In this document: piece by piece, positions 8,859-18,908 of the stretch
Layout: each line of letters begins with the position of its first letter
How positions within the stretch are numbered: position 1 is the first letter of the stretch
Assembly (NCBI GenBank): GCA_934149115.1
Contig: CAKPDW010000001.1
Coordinates: 1 to 52,413, forward strand
Reading direction: 5' to 3'
From: an uncultured Clostridia bacterium
GTDB lineage: Bacteria; Bacillota; Clostridia; TANB77; CAG-508
DNA length: 52,413 nucleotides
Notes under the pieces: model-generated
Seen by the model: only the letters and a program-made list of their open reading frames with translations
Databases searched by the model: none
Told to the model about the DNA's origin: nothing
Translations under genes and position numbers: made by a program

Positions 8859-9070
8859 GTATGATAGGAAACTTCTCAAAATTAAATATATTGCAATAAA
8901 AAGTGTGCTTAACCTTGCTATAATATACAAATAAAAATACATAAAAATTTTAATTTCCATAGTGATTTTATAAAAAATATTAAATTTTGAAAAAAGTTGA
9001 AAAAGTTGTGGCAGTATTATATATAATATGATAGAATTACAAAAGAAAAAAAGATAGGAGAAATTGAAAA

Positions 9071-9766
9071 ATGTATAAAAGAGTCCTTTTAAAATTAAGT
9101 GGTGAAGCTATGGCAGGAGAACAGAAAACAGGTATTAATGTTGATGTTGTTGATGCCATTTGTGAAAAAGTTGTTGAACTAGTAAAAATGGGAATACAAG
9201 TAGGAATAGTTACAGGTGGAGGAAATTTTTGGAGAGGCAAAAATGGACATAAGATGGAAAGAGTTACTTCTGATTATATGGGAATGCTTGCTACAATAAT
9301 GAATTCATTAGCAATTAAAGATACTTTAGAATCAATGGGAGTTAAGGCTGTTGTTCAAACTTCTATGACAATGGTTCAAGTAGCTGATACTTTTACTAAA
9401 AGAGATGCTGAAAAACATTTTGCTGAAGGTGCTGTATTAGTTTTTGGAGGAGGAACTGGTAATCCATTTTTCTCAACTGATTCTGCAGCAGCATTAAGAG
9501 CAGCCGAAATTAATGCTGATGTAATTTTGGTAGCTAAAACAATAGATGGCGTTTATTCAGCAGATCCAAAAATAGATAAAAATGCTGTTAAATATACAGA
9601 AATTACTTATGATGAAGTTTTAAATAAAAATTTAAAAGTTATGGATGCAACAGCTATTGCTATATGCAGAGATAATGATATACCTTTATTGGTATTTGCT
9701 CTTGAAGATCCAGAAAATATTGTAAGGGTTGTTAAGGGTGAAAATATAGGAACTATAGTTAAATAG
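9071..9766 (+). CDS. pyrH: UMP kinase
   Basis: KRVLLKLSGEA...GGGN(F)WRG...GGTGNPFFSTDSAAALRA motifs, and conserved pyrH-frr synteny. Confidence 0.95.
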   Translation: MYKRVLLKLSGEAMAGEQKTGINVDVVDAICEKVVELVKMGIQVGIVTGGGNFWRGKNGHKMERVTSDYMGMLATIMNSLAIKDTLESMGVKAVVQTSMTMVQVADTFTKRDAEKHFAEGAVLVFGGGTGNPFFSTDSAAALRAAEINADVILVAKTIDGVYSADPKIDKNAVKYTEITYDEVLNKNLKVMDATAIAICRDNDIPLLVFALEDPENIVRVVKGENIGTIVK

Positions 9767-9781
9767 AAGGAGAGAAAAAAT

Positions 9782-10330
9782 ATGGAATTTGATAAGTTAG
9801 AAGAAAGAATGAATAAAACATTAAGTGTTTTAGAAGAAAATTTTTCTGAGGTTAGAGCAGGTAGAGCTAATCCTGCAGTTTTAAATAAGGTTACTGTTGA
9901 ATATTATGGAGTAGAGACTCCAATAAATCAAGTTGCTGGTATTTCTGTACCAGAAGCAAGATTAATTGTTATTCAACCTTGGGATGCTAGTGTATTAAAA
10001 GATATTGAGAAAGCTATTTTAGCATCTGATATTGGATTAAATCCTAATAATGATGGAAAGGTTATTAGATTAGCTTTCCCTGAATTAACTGAAGAAAGAA
10101 GAAAAGAATTAGTTAAAGATATTAAAAAAATAGCAGAAGAATCTAAAGTTTCAATAAGAGCTATCAGGAGAGATGGAATGGATGAAGCCAAAAGTTTACA
10201 AAAAGAAGCTTTGATGACAGAGGATGAATTGAAAAAGGCCGAAGAACAAATTCAAAAATTAACTGATAAAAAAATAGCAGAGATAGATGTTATATTGGAG
10301 AAAAAAGAAAAAGAAATAATGTCAATATAG
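9782..10330 (+). CDS. frr: Ribosome recycling factor
   Basis: 182 aa with LSVLEENFSEVRAGRANPAVLNKV...IRAIRRDG, typical of Frr. Confidence 0.95.
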   Translation: MEFDKLEERMNKTLSVLEENFSEVRAGRANPAVLNKVTVEYYGVETPINQVAGISVPEARLIVIQPWDASVLKDIEKAILASDIGLNPNNDGKVIRLAFPELTEERRKELVKDIKKIAEESKVSIRAIRRDGMDEAKSLQKEALMTEDELKKAEEQIQKLTDKKIAEIDVILEKKEKEIMSI

Positions 10331-10356
10331 GCTAATATTGAAAGGAATGAATTTTG

Positions 10357-11064
10357 ATGCAAGAATCGAATATACCTGTGCATATTGCAATTATTATGGA
10401 TGGCAATAGAAGATGGGCAAAAGAAAATAAGATAGATTATAGATTAGGTCATAAAGAAGGTGCAAAAAAATTAGAAAGAATTGTTAGATATGCCAAAAAG
10501 GTAGGTATAAAGTATATTACTGTTTATGCATTTTCAACTGAGAATTGGAAAAGAAGTGAAGAAGAAGTTGGGGCATTAATGTTGCTTTTGAAAAACTATT
10601 TAGATGATTATTCAAAAAGAGCTGATACAGAAAATATAAAAGTTAAAGTTTTAGGTGATATAAGTGCTTTATCAACTGGTTTACAAAAGAGTATAAAAAA
10701 ATGTGAAGAAAGAACAGAAGATAATGATGGAATACTTTTTTCAATAGGCATAAACTATGGAGGCAGAGATGAAATTGTTCATTCTGTGAAAAAAATAGCT
10801 CAAGATGTTAAAGACGGAAGAATTTCTCCAGATGACATAAGTGAAGAAACTATTGAAAAATATTTATATACATCAGGAATTCCTGATCCTGATTTAGTTA
10901 TTAGAACTAGTGGAGAAATTAGAACTAGTAATTTTTTACCATGGCAAATTGTATATTCAGAATTTTTGTTTATGGATAAGTATTGGCCAGATTTTACGGA
11001 AGAAGATATTGATTTTGCTATTAAAGAATATCAAAATAGAAATAGAAAATTTGGAGCAAAATAA
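10357..11064 (+). CDS. uppS: Undecaprenyl diphosphate synthase (isoprenyl transferase)
   Basis: HIAIIMDGNRRWA and IRTSGEIRTSNFLPWQ motifs. The ATG at 10357 immediately follows the track's TTG. Confidence 0.93.
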   Translation: MQESNIPVHIAIIMDGNRRWAKENKIDYRLGHKEGAKKLERIVRYAKKVGIKYITVYAFSTENWKRSEEEVGALMLLLKNYLDDYSKRADTENIKVKVLGDISALSTGLQKSIKKCEERTEDNDGILFSIGINYGGRDEIVHSVKKIAQDVKDGRISPDDISEETIEKYLYTSGIPDPDLVIRTSGEIRTSNFLPWQIVYSEFLFMDKYWPDFTEEDIDFAIKEYQNRNRKFGAK

Positions 11065-11080
11065 ATTTAGGAGAATTATT

Positions 11081-11899
11081 ATGATTAAGAGGTCATTAAC
11101 TACAATTGTGGGATTACCTGCAGTATTTATAATTTTAATTTTTGGAAACAAATACATTTTGGATGTTATTATAGCTATATTAGCTATGTGTGGAATTTAT
11201 GAGTATATGAAGTGTGTTGCTCATAAGTTTAATCCGGTATATTGGATTGGATTTGTTTCTGCACTTAGTATAGCTGGATTACATATTATTTCAGGTGAAT
11301 ATTTAATTAGATATTTGGGATTAATATTACTTTCTGTTATGGCTATATTATTTATGCATGTAGTTTTTTCAGATATGAAAACTAATGTAGCTGATATTGC
11401 TATTACATTATTTGGTATTATATATATTGTCGGATTTTTTTCATTTGTTGCATTATTATATGGATATGAAAACAATGGTGCTAATTTAGGTAAGTTTTAT
11501 ATTGCATTTTTGTTTTTAGCAACATGGGGAAGTGATATATTTGCTTATTTAATTGGGATGAAATTTGGAAAACATAGATTTAGTAAAATTAGTCCTAAAA
11601 AATCAATTGAAGGCTGTATAGCAGGTGTTATAGGAGGAGTAGGACTTGTACTAATAGCAACAGTAATATTTAATGTATTTTTTGACTTAGAAATTAATTA
11701 TTTATTAATAACAATTATTGGATTGATTATTACATTGCTTGGTCAGATTGGTGATTTTTCAGCTTCATGTATTAAAAGATATGCAGAAGTTAAAGATTTT
11801 TCTAATGTTTTACCAGGACATGGAGGATTTATAGATAGGTTTGATAGTGTAATTTTTGCAGCACCTTTTGCGTATTATTTAATAACTTTGTTGATTTAG
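11081..11899 (+). CDS. cdsA: Phosphatidate cytidylyltransferase
   Basis: Multi-TM protein carrying SDIFAYLIGMKFGKH and KRYAEVKDFSNVLPGHGGFIDRFDS. ATG 11081 follows a GGAG SD. The longer track ORF overlaps uppS in another frame. Confidence 0.9.
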   Translation: MIKRSLTTIVGLPAVFIILIFGNKYILDVIIAILAMCGIYEYMKCVAHKFNPVYWIGFVSALSIAGLHIISGEYLIRYLGLILLSVMAILFMHVVFSDMKTNVADIAITLFGIIYIVGFFSFVALLYGYENNGANLGKFYIAFLFLATWGSDIFAYLIGMKFGKHRFSKISPKKSIEGCIAGVIGGVGLVLIATVIFNVFFDLEINYLLITIIGLIITLLGQIGDFSASCIKRYAEVKDFSNVLPGHGGFIDRFDSVIFAAPFAYYLITLLI

Positions 11900-11908
11900 G
11901 AGGAAAAA

Positions 11909-13165
11909 GTGCTTACTTTTTTGTTAAATGCAATTAAAATAATATTTTTATTAGGGTTTTTAGTACTGATTCATGAGGGTGGTCATTTCTTAGTAGCAAA
12001 ATTTTTTAAGGTTAAAGTTAATGAATTTTCTATAGGTTTTGGTAAACAAATTTGTTCAAAAAGAAAAGGAGAAACTGTTTATTCTATTAGAATGATTCCT
12101 CTTGGTGGATTTGTTAGTATGCTTGGTGAAGAAGAAAGATCTGATGATGAGAGATCTTTTTCAAGACAATCAATACCAAAAAGAATTGCTATTGTAGCTG
12201 CAGGTGGACTGGTAAATATTGTGTTTGGTATATTAGTTTATTTCTTAGTTTTATTATGCATTGGTAATTTTTCTTCTACGACTGTTGATAATGTTTTAGA
12301 AAATTATAATGCACAAGAAGCGGGAATTGTGTCTGGAGATAGAATAGTTTCCATTAATGATAAACATATTTTTATTACAAAAGATGTAAATAATATATTA
12401 GAAAAGAATTCATCTAATGAGTTGAAAATAAAGATTAAAAGAGAAAATGAAGTAAAAGAAATTAGTGTTATGCCAACTGAAGTGAAATCAAAATCTTTGG
12501 GAATATATTTAGATTCAGAAGATGGAGAACATACTAAAATATCATATATGTTTGATGATTCACCAGCAAAAGATATTTTGCAAGTTGGTGATGTTATCTT
12601 AAAAGTTAATGATGAGAGCGTTGAAAATGATTATAATAAATTAGTTGATGAACTTAATAAATCAGAAGGTGAAGTTAGATTAGTAATCAGACGAGAAAAT
12701 TCAGATATTGATGTTACTGTTTTACCTAAAGAATATTCTGAATATTATCTTGGAGTTACTTTTAGAATGGCAGATAAAAATTTTGCTACTAGATTTTATT
12801 ATGCGTGGTTTGAAACAGGAAATTTTGTAATTTCTTTAGCTGATAATGTGAAATCTATGTTTACAAAAGGTGTATCTGTTAATCAGATGATGGGTCCAAT
12901 TGGAATTTCTAAGACTGTAGCATCAACTACTAATTTTTATGATTTTATATATTTAATGGCTTTAATTTCATTATCGTTAGGAATTACAAACTTATTACCG
13001 TTTCCAGCGTTAGATGGTGGAAAAATAGTACTTCTTTTAGTTGAAGCTATACGTAGAAAACCATTAAAAGAAGAAATAGAAATTTGGATACAAATGATAG
13101 GATTTTCTTTATTAATATTGTTATCTATTTATATTTCATATGTTGATATATTAAGATTTTTCTAA
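11909..13165 (+). CDS. rseP: RIP site-2 zinc metalloprotease (M50 family, RseP/RasP type)
   Basis: HEGGHFLVA HExxH motif, PDZ region, and C-terminal NLLPFPALDGG motif. The GTG start lies 5 nt after AGGAGG. Confidence 0.88.
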   Translation: MLTFLLNAIKIIFLLGFLVLIHEGGHFLVAKFFKVKVNEFSIGFGKQICSKRKGETVYSIRMIPLGGFVSMLGEEERSDDERSFSRQSIPKRIAIVAAGGLVNIVFGILVYFLVLLCIGNFSSTTVDNVLENYNAQEAGIVSGDRIVSINDKHIFITKDVNNILEKNSSNELKIKIKRENEVKEISVMPTEVKSKSLGIYLDSEDGEHTKISYMFDDSPAKDILQVGDVILKVNDESVENDYNKLVDELNKSEGEVRLVIRRENSDIDVTVLPKEYSEYYLGVTFRMADKNFATRFYYAWFETGNFVISLADNVKSMFTKGVSVNQMMGPIGISKTVASTTNFYDFIYLMALISLSLGITNLLPFPALDGGKIVLLLVEAIRRKPLKEEIEIWIQMIGFSLLILLSIYISYVDILRFF

Positions 13166-13178
13166 AGGAGATGAAAAA

Positions 13179-13733
13179 ATGAATTGTAGAATTTGTGGAG
13201 CAGAATTAAAGAAAAACGGAGAATTATGTACTAATTGTATGAATAAGCTTATGAAAGAACAGGAGTTAAGAAATGATAAATCTGTTGTAATTACATTTAA
13301 AAGTAAATTTATTTTGAAATATCAATTACTTTTACATTGCGAACAAATTGGAATTGCAATATTTACAATAATTTTGATGTTATCTGTAGATTTATCATAT
13401 TGGAAATATGCTATTGGTGCTTCATTGCTATTTATTTTATTTGGAATAGTTTATTTAATATATCTTAGATCTTCACTTAATTCGGTTGTATGTACATTGT
13501 ATAGAACTAAAATTGTTATGTCTTGGAAAAAATTCAAAAAGAGATCAAGAGAAATACCATATACAGAAGTTGAAGAAGTCTTTTATACACAAGGAAATAT
13601 GGAAAAATTATTTGGACTTGGAACAATTGTTATTAAAAGAAGAACTAGAAATATAATGGATAGAAATATTTATATAGAGAGTGTACCAAATGTTAAAGAA
13701 GTTTTTGGTAAAATAGAGGAAGTTTTTAAATAA
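13179..13733 (+). CDS. Membrane protein with an N-terminal zinc ribbon and a C-terminal bacterial PH (YdbS/YdbT-like) domain
   Basis: CRICGAEL...CTNC, two TM helices, then a ...LFGLGTIVIKRR... segment typical of bPH_2 domains. Confidence 0.6.
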   Translation: MNCRICGAELKKNGELCTNCMNKLMKEQELRNDKSVVITFKSKFILKYQLLLHCEQIGIAIFTIILMLSVDLSYWKYAIGASLLFILFGIVYLIYLRSSLNSVVCTLYRTKIVMSWKKFKKRSREIPYTEVEEVFYTQGNMEKLFGLGTIVIKRRTRNIMDRNIYIESVPNVKEVFGKIEEVFK

Positions 13734-13746
13734 GGTAGGCGTAAAA

Positions 13747-16700
13747 ATGCAAAAAGTTAAAGATATATTTAGTGATTATCAAAATGTTAATGATAAAATT
13801 TGTGAAGCAGATTTTCAAAAAGCTAATTTATATAAAAAAAGTAATAGACTAGAAGTATGTTTAACAAGTGCAAATAAAATTACTATTAATGAAATTTCTA
13901 AATTTGAGGATTATATTGTTAATAGATTTAAAGTAGGTAGTGCAAGGATTGAAATTCAATATGAGAATATAGATATAGAACCAACGATAGAAAATGATTG
14001 GCAAGAATTGGTTACATATATGTCAAGAAAAGCTCCTATGACAAGAGCAATACTTAGAAATAGTACTGTTGATATAAAAGACAGTACTGTTTGTGTGGAT
14101 TTGAAAATTAAAGGGGCTGATTTATTATGTTCAAAAAAGTTTGATAAAGGATTAGAGCACTTATTATATAATTTATATAATAAACGTTTTAAAGTTGCTT
14201 TTGAAGAAGATCCAGAAAAAAGTAAAGAAGAATATGATAAATATTTAAAGGTTCAAGAACATGAAGCAATTATGCACTTAGAAGATATGGCACGTAGAGA
14301 AGCCATTGAAAAAGCGAATAAATCAGAAAATGATAAGCAACATTCAAAACTGGAAAATGCAGAAAGTGCAAAAATTGATGTTGAAAAATCTAGTGGTTTG
14401 ATTATAGGAAAAGTTAGTAATTTTAGAAGTAAGTATGTTTCTATTAAGGATATTAATGATAGTACAACAAGAGTTAATGTTGAAGGAGAGGTTACTAATG
14501 TTTCTACAAGAGATATAAAAAATAATAGAACTATTATTAATTTTAGTGTTGATGATGGGGATGCTAGTATTATTTGTAAGTCTTTTGTTGATACTAATTT
14601 AGTTCCTGGTATAGTTGAACATTTAAAAGAGGGACAAGGTGTTAAGGTTGATGGAAATGCAAAATATGATGATTATGCAAATGAAATAACTATTATTGCT
14701 AATAATGTTGTTATATCTGATTTTAAATTAAATAATAGTACAAGTGAAAGTGATGGTGAACAGCCAAAAGCAGAACAAAGTCCATTGATTTATGGAAGAA
14801 GTACAACAATAAAAACACCAAAAGTTAAGATTATTGATATAAATAATGATACAGATAGAGTATGTTTAGAAGGTGAAGTTATAAGTACTGATTCCAGAGA
14901 TATAAAGGGAAATAGAACAATTTTAATGTTTAATCTTTATGATGGTACAAGTACTATGACAATGAAGGCTTTTGTTGAAACTAATAAAACTAAAGAAATT
15001 CTTGGAAGATTAAAAAAAGCCAAAGGAATAAAATTAGATGGTGTTGCAAAATACGATAATTTTGCTAAAGAAATTACTGTAATGGCAAATACTATATTGG
15101 AGACTCCTGGTGTTGCAAAAACCAAGAGAATGGATACGGCAGAGGAAAAAAGAGTAGAGTTACATATGCATACTAAGATGAGTCAAATGGATGCTGTTAC
15201 TTCTGCTGAAGATTTGCTAAAAAGGGCTGTTAGCTGGGGATGGAAATCTATTGCTATAACTGATCATGGAGTTGTTCAGAGTTTCCCTGAAGCACATAAA
15301 TTTTTAGGAAAAACAGGTGCAGACATAAAAGTAATTTATGGTGTTGAAGCATATTTTGTTCCTGATAAAGATCCAAGTGTTGTATTTCCAAGAAAACAGG
15401 ATATTGATGGAGAGTATTGTGTTCTTGATTTGGAAACAACTGGATTATCTTTTAGAACAGAAAAAATAACTGAAATAGGAATTATAAAAATAAAAAATGG
15501 TGAAGTTATTGATGAATTTGAATGTTTTGTAAATCCTGAAAAACCTATTCCACAGGAAGTTGTTGAGGTTACTCATATTACTGATGATATGGTGAAAGAT
15601 GCAGAAACAATAGATAAAATTATTCCGAAAATTATTGACTTTATAGGTGATAGTGTTCTTGTTGCTCATAATGCAGATTTTGATATAGGATTTTTGAAAC
15701 ATAATTTTAGTGAATATGGGTATAGTTTGGATAATACTTATATAGATACTTTAAGATTAGCTAAAGTTATATTTCCAGATATGAAAAAATATAAATTAGG
15801 TTTAATTGCTGATAAATTAGATATTGTTGTGGAAGTTGCACATCGTGCTTTAGATGATGTTAAAACATTGGTAGCAGTGTTTAATATAATGATTCAAAAA
15901 CTTAAAGAAAATGGAGCAAAAACAGTAGATGATATAGATAATGTAATTAAAGGTGATCCACATGCTTATCAAAAATTACCATCATATCATGCTATAATTT
16001 TGGCTAAAGATTATGTTGGCCTTAAAAATTTATATAAGCTTGTTTCATATTCACATTTGGATTATTTTTATAAAAAACCTCGTATATTAAAAAGCTTATT
16101 TGAAAAATATAGGGAAGGTTTAATTTTAGGTAGTGCTTGTGAAGCTGGTGAATTGTATAGAGCAATTGTGGCTGGCAGACCTGAGGAAGAAATAGAAAAA
16201 ATTGCAAAATATTATGATTATTTGGAAATTCAACCTATTGGTAACAATGAATTTATGGTTAGAAATGGGACTGTTGTTGATGATTTTGAATTACAAAATA
16301 TAAATAGAAAGATTGTTGAATTAGGTGAAAAGTTAAATAAATTGGTTGTTGCAACTTGTGATGTTCATTTTATGGATCCACAAGATGAAATTTATAGACG
16401 TATTTTACAAGCAGGTCAACAGTATGATGATGCTGATTTTCAAGCACCATTATATTTGCGTACTACACAAGAAATGTTAGATGAATTTGCTTATTTAGGA
16501 GAAGAAAAAGCATATGAAGTTGTAGTTACAAATTCAAATAAGATTTCTGATATGTGCGATAAAATTAGCCCTATTTCTGGTGAAAAGTGTCCGCCACATA
16601 TTGAGGGTTGTGAACAAACTATAAAGGATATTGCATATGGAAAAGCTCATGAATTATATGGTGAAAAACTTCCTGAGATTGTTCAAACAAGACTTGATAA

Positions 16701-18474
16701 AGAGCTGGATTCTATTATAAAAAATGGATTTTCCGTTATGTATATTATTGCTCAAAAATTAGTTTGGAAATCAAATGAAGATGGATATATTGTTGGTTCT
16801 AGAGGTTCTGTTGGTTCTTCTTTTGTTGCTAATATGACAGGTATTACAGAAGTTAATTCTTTACAGGCTCATTATAGGTGTCCAAATTGTAAGTATTCTG
16901 ATTTTACGGATTATGGAGTTAAAAATGGGTTTGATTTACCTGATAAGGATTGCCCAAAATGTGGTCATAAATTAGATAAGGATGGAATGGATATTCCTTT
17001 TGAAACATTCCTTGGATTTAATGGTGATAAAGAACCAGATATTGATTTGAATTTTTCTGGTGAATATCAAGCAAAGGCTCATAAATATACAGAAGTAATT
17101 TTTGGAAAAGGAACTACTTTTAAGGCTGGTACTGTTGGTACTATTGCTGATAAAACAGCTTTTGGTTATGTAAAAAATTATTATGAGGAAAGACATATTC
17201 CTGTTACTAATGCAGAGATTGCTAGACTTTCTTCTGGTTGCACAGGTATAAAGAGAACTACTGGTCAGCATCCAGGTGGTATTATAGTTGTTCCAAAGGG
17301 TAGAGAGATTTTTGAATTTTGTCCTGTTCAACATCCTGCTGATGATCCTAATTCAGATATAATAACTACTCATTTTGATTACCACTCTATTGATCAGAAT
17401 TTGCTTAAATTAGATATTCTTGGTCATGATGATCCAACAATGATTCGTATGCTTTTTGATTTGACAGGATTTGATCCTACTAAAGTTCCTCTTGATGATA
17501 AAGAAACAATGTCTATCTTTTCTTCTACAGAGGCTTTAGGTGTTACTCCAGAACAAATTCATTCTGAGGTTGGTACATTTGGTGTTCCTGAATTTGGTAC
17601 AAAGTTTGTTAGGGGAATGTTGGTTGATACTAAACCAAAGACGTTTGATGAATTGATTCGTATATCAGGATTGTCTCATGGGACTGATGTGTGGCTTAAT
17701 AATGCTCAGGAACTTATTGATAAGGGTGTTATTACTTTGGAGGATGCTATTTGTTGTAGAGATGATATTATGATTTATTTGATTAAAAAGGGCTTGCCTC
17801 CAAATCCTTCTTTTAAAATTATGGAGACTGTTCGTAAAGGTAAGGCTTTAAAGGATCCTGAGAAGTGGGCTGGTTTTGTTAATTTGATGAAGGAGCATGA
17901 TGTTCCTGATTGGTATATTAAGTCTTGTGAGAAAATTAAGTATATGTTCCCTAAGGCTCATGCTGCTGCATATGTTACTAATGCTTTTAGAATTGCGTGG
18001 TTTAAGGTTCATAAGCCTGAGGCGTATTATACGGCGTTCTTTTCTATTAGGGCTGATGGTTTTGATTATGATATTATGTGCCATGGTAAGGAGAAGGTTT
18101 TGAATAAGATGCGTGAGATTGATATGGCTGGTAATGCTGCACTTCCTAAGGATAAGGATATGTATCCTGTTCTGGAACTTGTTTTGGAAATGTATGAGAG
18201 GGGTATTAAGTTTTTGCCTGTTGATTTATATGAGTCTGATGCTACTAAATTTAGGTTGGAGCCTGAGGGGATTAGACCTCCTCTTAATAGTGTTCCTGGC
18301 CTTGGTACTGTTGCTGCTCTTGGTATTCAGTCTGCTAGGGAGGATGAGAAGTTTATGTGTATTGATGATTTGCAGTTGAGGTCGAAGATTGGTAAGTCTG
18401 TTGTTGAGGTTCTTTCTAAGGTTGGTTGTTTGAAGGGGATGACGCAGAGTAACCAGATGTCCCTTTTTGCATAA
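13747..18474 (+). CDS. polC: DNA polymerase III PolC-type alpha subunit (1575 aa) with a duplicated OB domain
   Basis: PHP motif (ELHMHTKMSQMD), DEDDh exonuclease (VLDLETTGL...HNADFDIGFL...HRALDD), zinc finger (CPNC...CPKCGH), and polymerase core plus C-terminal domain. Confidence 0.97.
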   Translation: MQKVKDIFSDYQNVNDKICEADFQKANLYKKSNRLEVCLTSANKITINEISKFEDYIVNRFKVGSARIEIQYENIDIEPTIENDWQELVTYMSRKAPMTRAILRNSTVDIKDSTVCVDLKIKGADLLCSKKFDKGLEHLLYNLYNKRFKVAFEEDPEKSKEEYDKYLKVQEHEAIMHLEDMARREAIEKANKSENDKQHSKLENAESAKIDVEKSSGLIIGKVSNFRSKYVSIKDINDSTTRVNVEGEVTNVSTRDIKNNRTIINFSVDDGDASIICKSFVDTNLVPGIVEHLKEGQGVKVDGNAKYDDYANEITIIANNVVISDFKLNNSTSESDGEQPKAEQSPLIYGRSTTIKTPKVKIIDINNDTDRVCLEGEVISTDSRDIKGNRTILMFNLYDGTSTMTMKAFVETNKTKEILGRLKKAKGIKLDGVAKYDNFAKEITVMANTILETPGVAKTKRMDTAEEKRVELHMHTKMSQMDAVTSAEDLLKRAVSWGWKSIAITDHGVVQSFPEAHKFLGKTGADIKVIYGVEAYFVPDKDPSVVFPRKQDIDGEYCVLDLETTGLSFRTEKITEIGIIKIKNGEVIDEFECFVNPEKPIPQEVVEVTHITDDMVKDAETIDKIIPKIIDFIGDSVLVAHNADFDIGFLKHNFSEYGYSLDNTYIDTLRLAKVIFPDMKKYKLGLIADKLDIVVEVAHRALDDVKTLVAVFNIMIQKLKENGAKTVDDIDNVIKGDPHAYQKLPSYHAIILAKDYVGLKNLYKLVSYSHLDYFYKKPRILKSLFEKYREGLILGSACEAGELYRAIVAGRPEEEIEKIAKYYDYLEIQPIGNNEFMVRNGTVVDDFELQNINRKIVELGEKLNKLVVATCDVHFMDPQDEIYRRILQAGQQYDDADFQAPLYLRTTQEMLDEFAYLGEEKAYEVVVTNSNKISDMCDKISPISGEKCPPHIEGCEQTIKDIAYGKAHELYGEKLPEIVQTRLDKELDSIIKNGFSVMYIIAQKLVWKSNEDGYIVGSRGSVGSSFVANMTGITEVNSLQAHYRCPNCKYSDFTDYGVKNGFDLPDKDCPKCGHKLDKDGMDIPFETFLGFNGDKEPDIDLNFSGEYQAKAHKYTEVIFGKGTTFKAGTVGTIADKTAFGYVKNYYEERHIPVTNAEIARLSSGCTGIKRTTGQHPGGIIVVPKGREIFEFCPVQHPADDPNSDIITTHFDYHSIDQNLLKLDILGHDDPTMIRMLFDLTGFDPTKVPLDDKETMSIFSSTEALGVTPEQIHSEVGTFGVPEFGTKFVRGMLVDTKPKTFDELIRISGLSHGTDVWLNNAQELIDKGVITLEDAICCRDDIMIYLIKKGLPPNPSFKIMETVRKGKALKDPEKWAGFVNLMKEHDVPDWYIKSCEKIKYMFPKAHAAAYVTNAFRIAWFKVHKPEAYYTAFFSIRADGFDYDIMCHGKEKVLNKMREIDMAGNAALPKDKDMYPVLELVLEMYERGIKFLPVDLYESDATKFRLEPEGIRPPLNSVPGLGTVAALGIQSAREDEKFMCIDDLQLRSKIGKSVVEVLSKVGCLKGMTQSNQMSLFA

Positions 18475-18510
18475 TGTTCGAAGATATAATATTTGTGTGA
18501 GGTGTTTGCT

Positions 18511-18810
18511 ATGGGAGAGTATGGATTGATTTTTACGTGGCAGTTTGCTGTTTTGTATTTGATTGTTATTAATCTTGTTGGTTTTTGTGCAATGGGTATT
18601 GATAAGTTTAAGGCTAAACGTGGTTCTTGGCGTATTCCTGAGAAGTCGTTGTTTACTATTACTCTTTTGGGTGGTGGTTTTGGTACTATTGCTGGAATGT
18701 ATTTGTTTAGACATAAGACTAAGAAGTTGTATTTTACGATTGGTTTTCCTGTTATTTTGTTTGTTGAGATTTTTTTGGTTTTTTATTTTTTGATTAAGTA
18801 TGTTTGGTGA
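18511..18810 (+). CDS. DUF1294 family small membrane protein
   Basis: GIDKFKAKRGSWRIPEKSLFTITLLGGGFGTIAGMYLFRHKTKK matches the DUF1294 pattern. ATG 18511 lies 6 nt after GAGGTG. Confidence 0.75.
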   Translation: MGEYGLIFTWQFAVLYLIVINLVGFCAMGIDKFKAKRGSWRIPEKSLFTITLLGGGFGTIAGMYLFRHKTKKLYFTIGFPVILFVEIFLVFYFLIKYVW

Positions 18811-18859
18811 TTTTGATGATATTATATTTATAGAATGGGAATGTGTGTTTTTATTATGT

Positions 18860-18894
18860 AAAAAACGTAACAGTAGTTGCTGTTACGTTTTTTG
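18860..18894. terminator. Bidirectional intrinsic terminator between convergent genes
   Basis: ACGTAACAG (18865-18873) pairs with CTGTTACGT (18880-18888). An A-run lies upstream and a T6 run downstream. Confidence 0.75.
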
Positions 18895-18908
18895 GATTTG
18901 AGGAGGTT

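Noticed and set aside
8990-9027. Direct repeat TTGAAAAAAGTTGAAAAAGTTG and candidate promoters upstream of pyrH
   Set aside because: Several overlapping weak -35/-10 combinations are possible, with spacers of 17 to 22 nt. None is clearly better than the others, so no promoter feature is reported.
10910-11080. N-terminal 57-aa extension of the cdsA ORF as given in the track
   Set aside because: It overlaps the conserved 3' end of uppS in another frame. A GGAG SD and ATG at 11081 give a normal-length CdsA.
17848-18793. Cluster of long ORFs in several frames on both strands (17848-18084 -, 17897-18103 +, 18113-18379 +, 18226-18714 -, 18563-18793 +) overlapping polC and the DUF1294 gene
   Set aside because: All three stop codons and their complements need A on the + strand, and this region is strongly A-depleted, so stop-free frames arise by composition alone. 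The translations are low-complexity Leu/Arg/Ser-rich, lack SD sequences, and overlap a well-conserved polC frame.
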